Assembly: GCF_021869535.1 (NCBI RefSeq)
Contig: NW_026262593.1
Location: 29,574,001-29,638,000 of the forward strand
Direction of reading: 5' to 3'
Length of the DNA stretch: 64,000 bases
Source of the DNA: Mytilus californianus
Taxonomy: Eukaryota
The position numbers were made by a program, and so were the translations under genes. Shown piece by piece: positions 62,791 to 64,000 of the stretch. Below the pieces are notes generated by a model, which ran no database searches, had not been told where the DNA came from, and saw nothing but the letters and a program-made list of their open reading frames with translations. The stretch's first letter is position 1, and the number at the start of each line of letters is the position of its first letter.

Positions 62791-63630
62791 AACATTTTAT
62801 CTTTTAACATTGAAGGTTTTATCTATGCTAGAGAAAACAGCTGATATAATTATGTTACAACAACATTGGCTACACAATAGAGAAAAACAAGTTTTAGAGG
62901 AATTTTAAACTGACTTTTTATGTTTATCAAAATGTTTTGATGACGATAAGACAAATGACAAATGACCCAATAGAAAGAAGGAGGGGACATGCTGGTGTTG
63001 CGATATGTGTTAACAAAAAAATACAAAATTTTGTTGAACTTTTACCGAATAGATGTATCAGAGTAATAGCTTCACTGCATAGAAACGAACGCAAAATACC
63101 TCGTGACGTTGTCTTTGGTGAGTTTTTGAAATCTAACGGTTTGTCAATTATATCAGCTTGTAAAAAACTAAACACCTTTTTTCATTTTAACAATAGAGAT
63201 GAATCTCAGATTGACTACTTTGTGGAAACTAAGATGTTAGCCAAAATAAACTTGTCATTTTACCGTGAACTTCAGAATTTATCGACTCATGATCCAATTA
63301 TGATTTCCATTGATTGTTGTCTTGAAGGGATGGATGTAAGCACTAAAAATCCAAGAACTTTACGTATCAAATGGGATAAAATTGACAAACAAAAATATGA
63401 AACTTTATTACAAGAGAATTTAAAGATTTTAAAGAAGTGCCTGTTTTGAATCTGTGGAAAATATTGGTAACATTTTAACAAGTTTTTCTAACATTTTTGT
63501 GAAAACTGGAAGTGCCAAAAAAAATCAAAACTCAAAATATAAGGGATTCTACGCTTCAAGAAGATTGCCTGACTGGAGTAGTTCATCTGATAAAGGTGGA
63601 ATGTACAGAATATATAACAGCTAACAGGTA
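62785..63630 (+). pseudogene. LINE ORF2 apurinic-like endonuclease domain (L2/CR1 group), internally deleted and 3'-truncated before RT
   Basis: LNILSFNIEGF, IIMLQQHWL, RGHAGVAICV, TFFHFNNRDESQIDYF, NLSTHDPI, IKWDKIDKQKY. No RT motifs were seen downstream. Confidence 0.85.
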
Positions 63631-64000
63631 ACAGATGCGCAACTAATTTCAGGTAGGCGGTAATGGTAGCCTTTTCCTCAATTCCCCTGCCCATATCGTG
63701 AACTTCGATATGTATGATTGCTCATTTCGAAGCTGAAACATTTTCACATATGTAGGTAAATTTTCGGGGTACTAAGAGATATTCATTTTTCCGTAATTTA
63801 GCACACCCTAAAAAGTCTTTTGTGATGCGGCTTCTCGAGGAAAAAATCCCTTTTTTTTCGCACAATAAGTTCTTTGAAAATTTAGTTCGTTGCATACATT
63901 TAATATCTCCATAGGTTTTACACATTTATTCTGTGGTCCTCTGCTCTCGAAATCTGCACAAATGGATAAGCTCAGTCACTTGTTATAAATTGAATCATGT

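Noticed and set aside
62177-62844. Stand-alone 183-aa and 97-aa genes
   Set aside because: They are frameshifted pieces of the low-complexity C-terminus of LINE ORF1 running into ORF2.

Overview
AT-rich eukaryotic, repeat-dominated DNA. The interspersed repeat families look like those of a bivalve mollusc, most likely a Mytilus mussel; this is inferred from recalled repeat motifs, not from a database search. One apparently intact gene was found, on the minus strand with two coding exons (57855-57798 and 52248-51317). It encodes a 329-aa secreted protein with a signal peptide, a Lys-rich region, five 12-aa SGISYNNVASKQ repeats, a C-terminal six-Cys defensin-like module and an acidic tail. The rest is a transposon graveyard: a ~8.4-kb deleted Polinton/Maverick with long TIRs (polB, ATPase and capsid relics), a Crypton/DUF3504 tyrosine-recombinase relic, a probable Academ transposase relic, two PHD-finger LINE ORF1 relics (one followed by an APE endonuclease), L1/Tx1 3' fragments, SINEs and MITEs. 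There are also several tandem amplifications with units of 26 bp, 156 bp, ~792 bp and ~1.7 kb. A 203-bp TA-MITE occurs as identical full copies and also as a TA-CT-TA excision footprint in sister repeat units. Coordinates of degenerate elements are approximate and all family calls come from motif recognition by eye.
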